64,000 bases of DNA from a bacterium (GCA_021824345.1 JAKAKW010000006.1:10257-74256), one strand, 5' to 3'; shown: positions 16,806-26,787, numbered from the stretch's first letter. The notes: a model not told the origin generated them from the letters alone. Translations and numbers: made by a program.

Positions 16806-18236
16806 ATGGACAAGAAATACTACCCGACAATCGGCCTGGAAATTCACGCGGAATTGAAGACTGAAAGCAAGATGTTCTGCTCCTGCAAGAATGATCCGGA
16901 CGAGCGGGAGCCCAACAAAAACATCTGCCCGGTATGCATGGCGCATCCCGGATCCTTGCCGGTGGTCAATAAAAAGGCGGTGGAACACGTGGTGCGGGTA
17001 GGCCTCGCCGTGGACGGCAATATTGCCGACTTCACCGAATTTGACCGCAAGAACTATTTCTACCCCGACATCCCCAAGGGCTATCAAATTTCACAATACA
17101 AATACCCGATTGTCTCCGGCGGAAGATTGGACGGTTTTGACATTACTCGGGTGCACCTGGAAGAAGACACCGCCAACAACAAGCACGACCGCGGAAATTT
17201 TTCCTTGATTGATTTCAACCGGGCAGGAGTTCCGCTCATGGAGCTGGTGACCGAGCCGAATACTTTTGAGAGCGCCGATGATGCCGCAAAGACCGCTTCG
17301 TCCTTTGCCAAGGAGCTTCAGCTTCTTCTGTGGTATCTTGGCGTTTCCGAAGCGAATATGGAGAAAGGAGAGATGCGGGTGGAAGCGAATATTTCTGTTT
17401 CGCCGGAAAAGGGAAAGCTTGGCACAAAAGTGGAAGTAAAGAACCTAAACTCCTTCAAAAGCGCGGAAAGAGCGGTAAAATTTGAACTGGATAGGATGAT
17501 AAAACTCTGGGAGGAAGGGAAGCAGGAAGAAATCGTGCAGGAAACGCGCGGATGGGACGAGGCCAAGCAAAAGACTTTTTCTCAGCGCAAAAAAGAATCC
17601 AGCCACGATTACCGGTATTTCCCCGATCCGGATATTCCCAAGTTCAAGTTACACGAGCTGTTTGATTTGGAAAAAATGAAAAAGGAACTGCCGGAATTGC
17701 CGGCGCAGAAACGCGATAGATATCGCAAGGATTTCGGCATTAAAGACGAGGACATAGAATCATATGTAAACGATCCGGAGCTCGGAAAATGGTTTGAAGA
17801 AGTTGCGGAAATATTGAAAGACAAAAACAAAATAAAAACCGCTTCCAATTACATTACTTCCGATTTTGCCGGATTAAAGAAGGCGGACAGCGGAGTAAAA
17901 ATGCCCGCGGCGGAGAATTTTGCTGAGCTCGCGGAAATGGCATCGTCTGGAGAGATTTCTTCCCGCGGGGCCAAAGATATTCTGGCCATAATTGTAAAAA
18001 AGGACGATTCTCCCAAAAAAATCGCCGAAGAAAAGGGGCTTCTGCAAAAAAACGATCCTGAAGAGCTGAAGAAAATCGCGCAAAAAATTATTGAGGCCAA
18101 TCCAAAAATCGCGGACGATTACAAAGGCGGAAAGCAGAATGCCCTGCAATTCTTGATCGGGCAAGTAATGAAGGAAACCAAGGGCTCCGCCAACCCCGCG
18201 GCGGCTAAACAACTTTTGGAAAGTTTGTTAAAATAA
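16806..18236 (+). CDS. gatB: Asp-tRNA(Asn)/Glu-tRNA(Gln) amidotransferase subunit B
   Basis: Typical GatB N-terminus YYPTIGLEIHAELKTESKMFCSC and a C-terminal YqeY-like tail. Length 476 aa. Confidence 0.9.
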   Translation: MDKKYYPTIGLEIHAELKTESKMFCSCKNDPDEREPNKNICPVCMAHPGSLPVVNKKAVEHVVRVGLAVDGNIADFTEFDRKNYFYPDIPKGYQISQYKYPIVSGGRLDGFDITRVHLEEDTANNKHDRGNFSLIDFNRAGVPLMELVTEPNTFESADDAAKTASSFAKELQLLLWYLGVSEANMEKGEMRVEANISVSPEKGKLGTKVEVKNLNSFKSAERAVKFELDRMIKLWEEGKQEEIVQETRGWDEAKQKTFSQRKKESSHDYRYFPDPDIPKFKLHELFDLEKMKKELPELPAQKRDRYRKDFGIKDEDIESYVNDPELGKWFEEVAEILKDKNKIKTASNYITSDFAGLKKADSGVKMPAAENFAELAEMASSGEISSRGAKDILAIIVKKDDSPKKIAEEKGLLQKNDPEELKKIAQKIIEANPKIADDYKGGKQNALQFLIGQVMKETKGSANPAAAKQLLESLLK

Positions 18237-18240
18237 AAGG

Positions 18241-19131
18241 ATGAAAACTCTTAGAGAATGCATCAAAGAAGCCGAAGAGAAGAAAGTCGCCATCGGCCAT
18301 TTCAATATATCAAATCTTGAGGCATTGCACGGCATTTACGCCGCCACCAAGCAGGTGTCCGAGCTTGCCGGTTATCAAGTGCCGGTGATTATCGGCCTCT
18401 CTGAGGGCGAGGAAGAATTTGTGGGCAGGCATGAAGCGGAAGCGCTCATTGCGGAGATAAGGGAAAATGATAATTATCCCATCTTTGTAAACGCGGATCA
18501 TCATCACAGTTTCGAGAGATTTAAAGAAAGCATTGATGCGGGCTATGACATGGCCATTATTGATGAAGTAAAGCTTTCCATTGAGGAAAATGCGGCCATC
18601 GTAAAGCAGTGCGTGGCATATGCAAAGGAAAAATCCAAGGAAGATAATCGCGATATCTTGGTGGAAGCGGAACTCGGCTTCATAGGTTCGTCTTCCAAGA
18701 TCAGGGACAAAATTCCCGAAGGCGTGAGCGAAGCAACAATGACCAAGCCCGAGGATGCCAAACATTTTGTGCAAGCCACCGGCATAGATCTTCTTGCTCC
18801 CTCGGTAGGTAATGTGCACGGCATGGTGAAAGGAGGCAATCCGAAATTGCATCCGGATAGGATAAAGGAAATAAAAGAAGCGGCAGGTGTGCCTCTTGTT
18901 CTTCACGGCGGTTCCGGCATTGCCGATGAGGATTTCACCGAGGCCATTGCGGCCGGCATCAGCGTGATTCACATAAATACCGAGATCAGGGTGGCGTACC
19001 ACGATGCCTTAAAAAAATTCATGGAAGAAAACCCAGACGAAACAACCCCATATCGCTTTCTTCAGCCCGGCGTAGAAGCCATTCAGAAGGTGGTGTTTGC
19101 GCGCATGAAGCTTTTCAATAACATGAAGTAA
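18241..19131 (+). CDS. fba: Class II fructose-bisphosphate aldolase
   Basis: Class II aldolase motifs (HFNISNLE, LHGGSGI) and metal-binding histidines. Confidence 0.85.
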   Translation: MKTLRECIKEAEEKKVAIGHFNISNLEALHGIYAATKQVSELAGYQVPVIIGLSEGEEEFVGRHEAEALIAEIRENDNYPIFVNADHHHSFERFKESIDAGYDMAIIDEVKLSIEENAAIVKQCVAYAKEKSKEDNRDILVEAELGFIGSSSKIRDKIPEGVSEATMTKPEDAKHFVQATGIDLLAPSVGNVHGMVKGGNPKLHPDRIKEIKEAAGVPLVLHGGSGIADEDFTEAIAAGISVIHINTEIRVAYHDALKKFMEENPDETTPYRFLQPGVEAIQKVVFARMKLFNNMK

Positions 19132-19132
19132 A

Positions 19133-20857
19133 ATGCCGGCGAGCAAGACTCCTAAATTTGACGCGCTGATTGATAAAATTTTGGACGATCTCGTTCAGCA
19201 TGAGCGTGTTTGCGCGGACTGCGGCAAAGAATTCAAAATAGAGGCGGAAGATATTACGTTTCTAAAAATGTTCAGAGTTCCACCTCCGAAACTTTGCCCA
19301 CAGTGCAGGCAAAGGCGTCGGCTTTCTTTCGTAAACTATTCAAATATATATAAACGCAAATGCGATGTGCCCGGACATAGTGAAACAATGATTTCCCAGA
19401 CTGCCCCGGTGATGCCCTGGGTCACATATGACCACGATACTTACTATTCCGATTCCTGGGACCCTTTCTCTTATGGAATGGATATAAAGACAGGCGAGCC
19501 GTTCTTGGGGCAATTCCTTGAACTTTTGAGAGTGGTGCCTCAGCCAGGAGTCCGGCGCGGTTCTGAATCGCCGAACAGCGATTACAGTTTCTACGGGAAG
19601 CATATGAAGGATTGCTATTATGTCTTCGGAGGACGCCGTTCGGAGGACATCATGTACGGCTCGGCAATTTATGACTCAAGACATATAGTTGATTCATATT
19701 TTGTACGAAACGTGGAACTTTCCTACGACAATGTGAGCACAAACAATTGCCACAAATGCAAACATGCGTATTTTTCTTCCGATTGTATTGATTGTGATTT
19801 CATTTATGACTGCCGCAATTGCCAGAATTGTTTCGGGTGCGTGAACCTGCGAAACAAGAACTACTGTTGGTATAATGAACAGCTTTCCAAGGAAGAATTT
19901 GAAAAGAGAAAGAAAGAATCAGGCCTGAGTAGGCGATCATCTTCTATAAAATATTCCAAGGAGTTTTGGAAATTAGTAAAGAATAATCCGGTCAGGGCGT
20001 CCAGAGTGTTTCAGTCGGAAAACGTTTCTGGTAACGATATCAAGCGTTGTCGAGACTGCCGGGATGTTTTTCAGATTGAAGATTCTGAAAATGTCAGGCA
20101 TTCAGGGTTTGTGCTGGTTTTTGTGAAAGATTCCATGGACATGAGCCTAAGCGGGCATGTGGAACGGATTTATGACAGTCAGAATGTCGGTACGACCGAT
20201 GTGAAATTTTCCTTTGGCGTGAAGGGGTCCTCGGAATGTGAATATTCGATGAACCTGAATGATTGCCAAAATTGCTTTGGATGTATTGGATTAAGGAGCG
20301 CCTCGTATAGCATATTTAATAAAAAGTATTCTCCAGAAGAATACTGGAAAAAGCTGGATGACATAAAGTCTGACATGTTGGAGCGAGGAGAATACGGCGA
20401 GTTCTTTTCCATGCCCTTTTCTCCTATGGCGTATAACAGCTCTCTGGCGCATATTCTTTATCCCATGAGTGAAGAAGAAGCGAAAAAACGCGGGCTGTAT
20501 TGGCAGGAAGAAACAGACGTAGATACGAAAGGACTAAACGCTACAAAGGCGGATGAACTTCCGGACGATATAGCGAATGCGAACGCTGACGTATGTAAAT
20601 TGGCAGTAATCGGGGAAGTTTCAGGCAAGCCGTTTCGGATAACCCAAAGAGAGCTTGAGTTTTATAAGCGGGAAAATGTTCCGCTTCCAACTGATACTCC
20701 ATATCAGAGAATACTGGATAGGTTTGCCATATTGAACAATTTTCAGACATTTTCAGAAAAATGTTTTTCCTGCGGCAAGACAATTGATTCTTCCTATCGC
20801 ATCTCGGAAGGCTGGAAGCCGTATTGTGAGGAATGCTTCAGAGAAGAAGTGTTATAA
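19133..20857 (+). CDS. Cysteine-rich multi-zinc-ribbon protein, paralog 1 of 3 (uncharacterised family)
   Basis: 574 aa. N- and C-terminal CxxC...CPxCR zinc-ribbon-like modules and internal CQNCFGC..LR...Y..N..YS.EE repeats. Clearly paralogous to the ORFs at 40301 and 42058. It starts 2 nt after the fba stop. Confidence 0.6.
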   Translation: MPASKTPKFDALIDKILDDLVQHERVCADCGKEFKIEAEDITFLKMFRVPPPKLCPQCRQRRRLSFVNYSNIYKRKCDVPGHSETMISQTAPVMPWVTYDHDTYYSDSWDPFSYGMDIKTGEPFLGQFLELLRVVPQPGVRRGSESPNSDYSFYGKHMKDCYYVFGGRRSEDIMYGSAIYDSRHIVDSYFVRNVELSYDNVSTNNCHKCKHAYFSSDCIDCDFIYDCRNCQNCFGCVNLRNKNYCWYNEQLSKEEFEKRKKESGLSRRSSSIKYSKEFWKLVKNNPVRASRVFQSENVSGNDIKRCRDCRDVFQIEDSENVRHSGFVLVFVKDSMDMSLSGHVERIYDSQNVGTTDVKFSFGVKGSSECEYSMNLNDCQNCFGCIGLRSASYSIFNKKYSPEEYWKKLDDIKSDMLERGEYGEFFSMPFSPMAYNSSLAHILYPMSEEEAKKRGLYWQEETDVDTKGLNATKADELPDDIANANADVCKLAVIGEVSGKPFRITQRELEFYKRENVPLPTDTPYQRILDRFAILNNFQTFSEKCFSCGKTIDSSYRISEGWKPYCEECFREEVL

Positions 20858-20864
20858 TAAAAGG

Positions 20865-22553
20865 ATGGTAATGAAAGAAGAAATTCAGAAATTTTTCAAA
20901 GGAGAGATAGCGGACGACGAAGAAACCTTAATTAAATATTCCAGAGACGCCAGCTTGTTTATCATCCGACCCAAGCTGGTGCTTTTTCCGCAAGATTCGG
21001 AGGATGTACAGAATCTGGTGAAATGGGTGGGAGACAACAAGAAAAAATATTCGGAGCTTTCCATTACGGCGCGCTGCGCGGGTACGGATATGTCCGGAGG
21101 CGCGATAAATGAGTCATTGATAATAGATTTTACCAAGCACATGAACAAGCTGATTTCAGGCCCAAGCGCTGTCGGTCCCGACGGATATGCCACTATCACA
21201 GTACAGCCCGGAATGTTTTATCGCGATTTTGAAAAGATTACTCTTAAACACGGACTCATCTTGCCGTGCTTTACCGCCTCCAAGAGCTTGAATGCCATGG
21301 GAGGAATGTTCGGTAACAATTCCGCGGGAGAGCGCACTCTCAAATACGGCAAAACCGAAGACTACGTGGCCGGGGCGAAAGTGGTATTTTCCGACGGAGT
21401 GGAAAGGGAAGTAAAGGAGCTTTCCAAAGAAGAATATGCGAAAAAAGCCGGGCAGAAAGATTTTGAAGGAGATGTGTACAGCGGAATCGGCAAGCTCATA
21501 GATGCCAACAAAGAGGAGATCATGAAAGCCAAGCCGAACGTGCACAAGAATTCCGCCGGGTATTATCTCTGGAACGTAGAAAGACCGAACGGGGATTTTG
21601 ATTTGAATCGTGTCCTTATAGGTTCCCAGGGCACGCTTGGCATTGCCACCGAAATCACTTTCAAGATTTTGCCGGTTCCTAAACATACGCGTTTATTAGT
21701 GGTATTTCTTCGGGACATCAGCATATTGCCGGACCTGGTGAACAAAATATTAAAGTACAAGCCGCAAACGCTGGAATTCTACGATGACAAAACTCTGCTT
21801 TTGGTTTTTAAGTATATCTGGAGTTTTGCCAAGCTCTTGGGCATCCAGCATTTTTTCCGGCTCATTGCGAGCTTCTGGCCCGAGGCCTTGATGACACTTC
21901 GGCACGGCTTCCCGCGCATAGTGCTTCTGGTGGAGTTTACCGGCGATACTGTCGAAGTCGCGGACGGCTTGGCGAAAAAAACTATGGAAGAACTAAAAAC
22001 TGTAAAAGGCATCGGTTTCCGTCTGACCAGGAACAAGTTTGAATCCGAGAAATATTGGACCATCAGGCGGCAAGCTTTCAACCTTATCCGTTTTCATCTG
22101 AAAAAGATGAAATCCGAGCCATTCGTGGACGACGTGATTGTACGGCCGGAAAAATTGCCCGAGTTCTATCCGGCTCTTTATAAAATATTGAACGAATACA
22201 AGGGAGAGATGACTTTCGCAGTGGGCGGACATTCCGGAGAAGGGAACATGCATATTTACACCCTGCTTGATCCGAGAGACCCGCATCTGAAGGAGATCGT
22301 GCTCAAAGTTTCAAGCGAAGTGTATTCCTTGGTGGTAAGGCTCGGAGGTTCCATTACCGCCGAGCACAACGACGGCCTGGTGCGCACGCCATTCTTGCCT
22401 GAAATGTACGGAGAAAAAATCATGGCGTTATTCAAGCAAGTAAAGGATATCCTTGATCCGAAAGATATCTTCAATCCCGGCAAAAAAATCGCCGTTCCCG
22501 GCGGTCCGGGCACCAAGGAGTATCTAAAAGCTCATATTGCGGTAGGAAAATAG
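20865..22553 (+). CDS. FAD-linked oxidase (GlcD / D-lactate dehydrogenase-like, FAD_binding_4 family)
   Basis: FAD-binding PCMH-type domain (RCAGTDMSGGAINESLIIDF) and a C-terminal FAD-oxidase domain. The start was moved to the ATG preceded by AAAAGGA, after the upstream stop. Confidence 0.8.
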   Translation: MVMKEEIQKFFKGEIADDEETLIKYSRDASLFIIRPKLVLFPQDSEDVQNLVKWVGDNKKKYSELSITARCAGTDMSGGAINESLIIDFTKHMNKLISGPSAVGPDGYATITVQPGMFYRDFEKITLKHGLILPCFTASKSLNAMGGMFGNNSAGERTLKYGKTEDYVAGAKVVFSDGVEREVKELSKEEYAKKAGQKDFEGDVYSGIGKLIDANKEEIMKAKPNVHKNSAGYYLWNVERPNGDFDLNRVLIGSQGTLGIATEITFKILPVPKHTRLLVVFLRDISILPDLVNKILKYKPQTLEFYDDKTLLLVFKYIWSFAKLLGIQHFFRLIASFWPEALMTLRHGFPRIVLLVEFTGDTVEVADGLAKKTMEELKTVKGIGFRLTRNKFESEKYWTIRRQAFNLIRFHLKKMKSEPFVDDVIVRPEKLPEFYPALYKILNEYKGEMTFAVGGHSGEGNMHIYTLLDPRDPHLKEIVLKVSSEVYSLVVRLGGSITAEHNDGLVRTPFLPEMYGEKIMALFKQVKDILDPKDIFNPGKKIAVPGGPGTKEYLKAHIAVGK

Positions 22554-22740
22554 GCAATAAGGAAGGGCGAATATTTGCCTATGAGCGGGTTGTGAGCGCG
22601 AGCGGGCATGGTTCGAGCGGTAGCGAGAGAGCGAGCGCGAGCCCTCGAGCCGCCTCGCTGGGGCGGCGAGAAAAGCGAAGAGGCAGAATATTTGCCCTGC
22701 CTGCTTTGCATTTCCGGCATTTTCTGCTAGAATGGGCGCT

Positions 22741-23415
22741 ATGTTAGCTATAAAGGCAAAAAGCCGGTCTGCCGGCAAGAAATTGGACGAGCTTCGAGAG
22801 TCGGGAGAAATGCCCGCTGTTTTTTACGGCGCAGGCAAGCCTTCCACCCCGATTTCCGTCAATCTTATTGATTTCAAGAAAATTTGGAAGGAGGCCGGAG
22901 AATCCTCCGCTGTGAAGGTAAGCACCGAGACTGGTGATGTAGACGCCCTGATTCACGAGGTGCAGACTGATCCGGTCACTGACGAGCCTCGGCACGCGGA
23001 TTTTCTGGTTATTGACATGAATAAAAAGATTCAGGTGAATGTTCCGCTTGAATTCGTCGGAGTTTCCGGAGCGGTTAAAAACGGAATCGGAAACATGGTG
23101 AAAGTTTTGCATGAAGTGGAGATTGAAGCTTTGCCAAAAGACCTTCCTCACTCTATTTCCGTGGATATTACCGCGCTTGAGAACGTTAAAGACCAAATTA
23201 CCGTCGAACAGATCAAGCTTCCGGCCGGCGTAACGATGATTACCGATCCGAAAGAAATCGTAGTGGCCGTAACCGAGCAACGCGAAGAGAAAGAAGAGGA
23301 GCCGGCTCCGGATCTGTCTCAAATAGAGGTTGAAAAGAAGGGCAAGCAGGAGGAAGAAGGCGGCGAAGGAGAATCAGCGAAGGGTGATTCCGCCTCTTCT
23401 GAGGAAAAGAAATAA
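22741..23415 (+). CDS. rplY: 50S ribosomal protein L25 / general stress protein Ctc
   Basis: MLAIKAKSRSAGKKLDELRESGEMPAVFYG matches the L25/Ctc N-terminus, with an acidic C-terminal tail. The start is placed 7 nt after an extended -10 box TGCTAGAAT. Confidence 0.8.
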   Translation: MLAIKAKSRSAGKKLDELRESGEMPAVFYGAGKPSTPISVNLIDFKKIWKEAGESSAVKVSTETGDVDALIHEVQTDPVTDEPRHADFLVIDMNKKIQVNVPLEFVGVSGAVKNGIGNMVKVLHEVEIEALPKDLPHSISVDITALENVKDQITVEQIKLPAGVTMITDPKEIVVAVTEQREEKEEEPAPDLSQIEVEKKGKQEEEGGEGESAKGDSASSEEKK

Positions 23416-23457
23416 TATTGCCTTCCGTTATATCTATATATGCTATAATGTCTTAGC

Positions 23458-24852
23458 ATGAAAAAGACGGCTTCCTTTGTTATTGCTTTCATGTTGGCAG
23501 TTTCCTTTTTTGCTCTACCCCAAGACACGAGAGCTGCTTTTGATTGCATGACTCTCACTCCCTCGTCCTCCCAGGCAAACAAGGATTATTGCAAACAGGA
23601 ACTTGCCGTCATTGAAGCCCAATTGCAGGAACTTCTTGCAAAGCAGGCGGCTCAGCAGAAGCAAACAGGCACTCTTGCGGGAGACGTGAGCTATTTGACC
23701 AGCCAGATAAACGCCTTAAAAAAGAAAATCCAGGCTCGGTCTTTGGCAATAGCCCAATTGCAGGTTTCCATTTCGGAGAAAAACAGCACCATCAAATCTC
23801 TTTCCGACAAGATAGACAGAGAACATGAATATCTGGCAGAGCTACTGCGCGATACGAACGAATTTGATCAGAAAGGCATGGTAGACATACTGCTTTCTTC
23901 CGGAAGCATTTCCAATTTTTACCAGGATCTCCAGTCGTATACCTCCATCAAGCAAGCCATCCAAAATTCCATTGATCTGATAAACGGGACAAAGACGGAA
24001 ACGGAGTCTCAAAAGCAAAGCCTCCAACAAAAACAAAATGCGGAAACGGATGCCAAGGCAGAATTGGTGAGCGCCCAGAGCCAAGTCGCCAAAAGCGAGG
24101 CGGACAAGCGCGCGCTTCTGGCCATCAGCCAGCAGAAGCAGAATGAATATGAAAAGCTGGCCGCCGAGAAGCGGGCCCAAGCGGAGAGGATTCGCGCCGC
24201 GCTGTTTCCTCTCGCCGGCACTTCCACAAAAATAGACTTCGGCACGGCCTTGCAGTATGCCACTGAAGCTCAGAGGCTTACCGGCATAGACCCGGCGTTT
24301 CTTTTGGCAATTCTTACCCAGGAAAGCAATCTCGGAGCAAACGTGGGGCAATGCTATCTTACTCACACGGACGGCCCGATGGCCGGCTACGGAGCGAATA
24401 TTAATTCCGGAAAAGTTTGGCCGAACTTGATGAAGGCCTCCAGGGATGTTCAGCCATTCTTGGATATTACTTCCAAGCTTGGTATTGATCCGCTGAAAAC
24501 CCCGGTGTCTTGCCCGATAGCCGGAGTAGCCGGATACGGAGGCGCCATGGGGCCGGCTCAATTTATCCCGTCCACCTGGGCGCTGTTTGTGGGCCGGTTG
24601 AAAAATCTTTTGGGATATGACGCGGACCCGTGGAGGCCGCGGGACGCGTTTATGGCTTCAGCCCTTTACCTAACCGATCTTGGGGCAATCGGTTCAAGCC
24701 AGTCCGCGCAAAATCGCGCCGCCTGCCGATATTACGGTTCGGGAGGGTCCAGCTGTTCTTATTCCCGGAGCGTAGCCAGCCTGAAGAGCGGAATCCAGGC
24801 CAATATAGATTATATTAACCAATACGGGGCCGCGCCTTCAAATAAGTCATAA
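23458..24852 (+). CDS. Secreted coiled-coil protein with C-terminal lytic-transglycosylase-like (SLT/lysozyme-like) domain
   Basis: Signal peptide MKKTASFVIAFMLAVSFFALPQDTRA and a coiled coil of about 200 aa. The C-terminal domain has E-S (ILTQESNLG), GPAQF..PSTW and AxxYYGSGG motifs, resembling family 1 lytic transglycosylases. Confidence 0.5.
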   Translation: MKKTASFVIAFMLAVSFFALPQDTRAAFDCMTLTPSSSQANKDYCKQELAVIEAQLQELLAKQAAQQKQTGTLAGDVSYLTSQINALKKKIQARSLAIAQLQVSISEKNSTIKSLSDKIDREHEYLAELLRDTNEFDQKGMVDILLSSGSISNFYQDLQSYTSIKQAIQNSIDLINGTKTETESQKQSLQQKQNAETDAKAELVSAQSQVAKSEADKRALLAISQQKQNEYEKLAAEKRAQAERIRAALFPLAGTSTKIDFGTALQYATEAQRLTGIDPAFLLAILTQESNLGANVGQCYLTHTDGPMAGYGANINSGKVWPNLMKASRDVQPFLDITSKLGIDPLKTPVSCPIAGVAGYGGAMGPAQFIPSTWALFVGRLKNLLGYDADPWRPRDAFMASALYLTDLGAIGSSQSAQNRAACRYYGSGGSSCSYSRSVASLKSGIQANIDYINQYGAAPSNKS

Positions 24853-24889
24853 ATTTGCAAAAAAGTCGCAAATGGGTTAATATGCACGC

Positions 24890-25120
24890 ATGAAAAAAGA
24901 TATCCATCCGAAATACAATCTGAAAGCTAAAGCGACCTGCGCCTGTGGAGCCGTTTTTGAAGTCGGCTCCACTATGCCGGATATTCACGTGGAAATCTGC
25001 AGCCAGTGCCATCCTTTCTATACGGGAAATGAAAAGGTGATGGATACGGCCGGACGCGTTGAGCGCTTCAAGAAGCGCCAGGCTGCCGCCGTAAAAGCCA
25101 AGACTAAAGTAAAGAAATAG
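24890..25120 (+). CDS. rpmE: 50S ribosomal protein L31
   Basis: MKKDIHPKY...CxCG...[10 protein letters not shown] is the canonical L31 sequence. Confidence 0.9.
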   Translation: MKKDIHPKYNLKAKATCACGAVFEVGSTMPDIHVEICSQCHPFYTGNEKVMDTAGRVERFKKRQAAAVKAKTKVKK

Positions 25121-25129
25121 GGAAATGCA

Positions 25130-25165
25130 AAAGGCAGGACAAGCATTCTGCCTTTTCGCTTTCCT
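25130..25165 (+). terminator. Rho-independent terminator after rpmE
   Basis: Hairpin GGCAG-N10-CTGCC followed by TTTTCG. Confidence 0.45.
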
Positions 25166-25306
25166 CGGCCGTCCCGGCGAGACGGCCTCAGGGATGCGGC
25201 CTGCGCTCTTTCGCTACGCGAAAACCGTGCCCGCTTCGGCCCCATAACCCGCTCAAAGGCAAATGCTTGTCCCGCCCAAAGCGTTAGAATGGTATAATTT
25301 TAAATC

Positions 25307-26269
25307 ATGGACTTAGACGAGCTGAAAAAGAATCATAAGACGAGCTATCTGGCGGAAATGCTGGAGAATTTGGCGCGCAAGGAAGAGGAAGTGCGGGAGA
25401 TGATGGAAGGGGATGACGACCTTCATGAATTGGCTTCTCAGGAGCTGAAATCTTTGCAGGCAGAGCGCGAGAGCATAGAAAAGCAAGTGAGTGATATTCT
25501 TGAGAAAGAAAACGAGGAAGAAGAATTTCCGAATGAAATAGTCATGGAAGTGCGGGCCGGTGCTGGCGGAGACGAAGCCTCGCTTTTCGCCTGGGAGATT
25601 GCGCATATGTACGAAAAGTATGCGGACAGCCAGGGATGGCAGTGGAAAGTAGACTACGAATCCAAGAATGAGATAGGCGGATACAAGGAGGCCAGCTTTG
25701 AGATAAAAGGCAAAGACGTGTACAAAAAGATGCGCTATGAAACGGGAGTGCATCGGGTGCAGAGAGTGCCAGCTACGGAAAAAAACGGCCGGGTGCATAC
25801 TTCCACCGCCTCGGTGGCGGTTCTGCCTATCCGTAAAAAAGTTAAATTTGAAATCAATCCGGCTGACATTGAAATTGAATATTCGCGTTCAGGAGGGAAG
25901 GGCGGGCAGAATGTAAACAAAGTGGAAACGGCCGTGCGCTTGATTCACAAGCCCACCGGTTTGGACGTTCGTTCCACTAACGAGCGCAGCCAGAACGCCA
26001 ACCGCGAAAAGGCCATGATGATTCTGACCGCCAAACTTCAGCAGATAAAAGAGGAAGAAGAGGCGAAGAAATATGCCGGCGAGCGCAAGGAACAGATAGG
26101 CACCGGCGACCGCTCCGAAAAAATCCGTACATACAATTTTCCGCAGGACCGCCTTACAGACCACCGGATTAAAATGTCCTGGCATAATCTGCCTAAAATA
26201 ATGGAAGGGGAGATTGACGATATAATTGAAGCCTTGGAATCGGGAAAGACAGGTTCAGAGGAAGAATAA
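25307..26269 (+). CDS. prfA: Peptide chain release factor 1
   Basis: GGQ motif ([16 protein letters not shown]) and a PAT tripeptide (RVQRVPATE), as in RF1 rather than RF2. Confidence 0.85.
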   Translation: MDLDELKKNHKTSYLAEMLENLARKEEEVREMMEGDDDLHELASQELKSLQAERESIEKQVSDILEKENEEEEFPNEIVMEVRAGAGGDEASLFAWEIAHMYEKYADSQGWQWKVDYESKNEIGGYKEASFEIKGKDVYKKMRYETGVHRVQRVPATEKNGRVHTSTASVAVLPIRKKVKFEINPADIEIEYSRSGGKGGQNVNKVETAVRLIHKPTGLDVRSTNERSQNANREKAMMILTAKLQQIKEEEEAKKYAGERKEQIGTGDRSEKIRTYNFPQDRLTDHRIKMSWHNLPKIMEGEIDDIIEALESGKTGSEEE

Positions 26270-26450
26270 ATCCAAAAACATTGCTTTTTATTTCATTTGT
26301 GTTATCATTTGCCCCGTAGTTTCTCAATAGGCTTAATGTTAGATTGTGAGTTTGGTTTACCGGGCAAACAATTGATTCAAGCGGCGCGAGTATCTACAGT
26401 TTATCAATAGTTTTTGCCCGATTTTTTTGAAAACGGGAGAAAATAAAAAT

Positions 26451-26768
26451 ATGGCTACTAAGCTATATGTGGGAGGAATTCCCTACAACACGCAGGAGGA
26501 CTCTTTGAAAGAGTACTTCAGCCAGGCCGGAAATGTCGTTTCCGCCGTCATTATCATGGACAAGATGTCCGGACGCTCCAAGGGTTTCGGTTTCGTAGAA
26601 ATGGAAACCAAAGAGGAAGCTGACAAGGCCATTGAAATGTTCAATGATAAGGAATTCGAGGGACGCAAGCTGACGGTCAACGTCGCCCGTCCTATGGAGC
26701 CTCGTCCGGCCAGATCCGGATACGGTTCCGGCAACGGAAACGGCTACGGTGGCGGCAGGGAATACTAA
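26451..26768 (+). CDS. RRM-type RNA-binding protein (glycine-rich C-terminus)
   Basis: RNP-2 KLYVGGI and RNP-1 KGFGFVEM motifs, with a GYGGG tail. Confidence 0.8.
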   Translation: MATKLYVGGIPYNTQEDSLKEYFSQAGNVVSAVIIMDKMSGRSKGFGFVEMETKEEADKAIEMFNDKEFEGRKLTVNVARPMEPRPARSGYGSGNGNGYGGGREY

Positions 26769-26787
26769 ATTTCGCCTGTTTCCAAAA

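Noticed and set aside
22560-22730. CRISPR array
   Set aside because: The GAGCG-rich tract and flanking short direct repeats lack regularly spaced identical repeats of 24-40 nt with unique spacers. No CRISPR-like array or cas gene was seen anywhere in the window.
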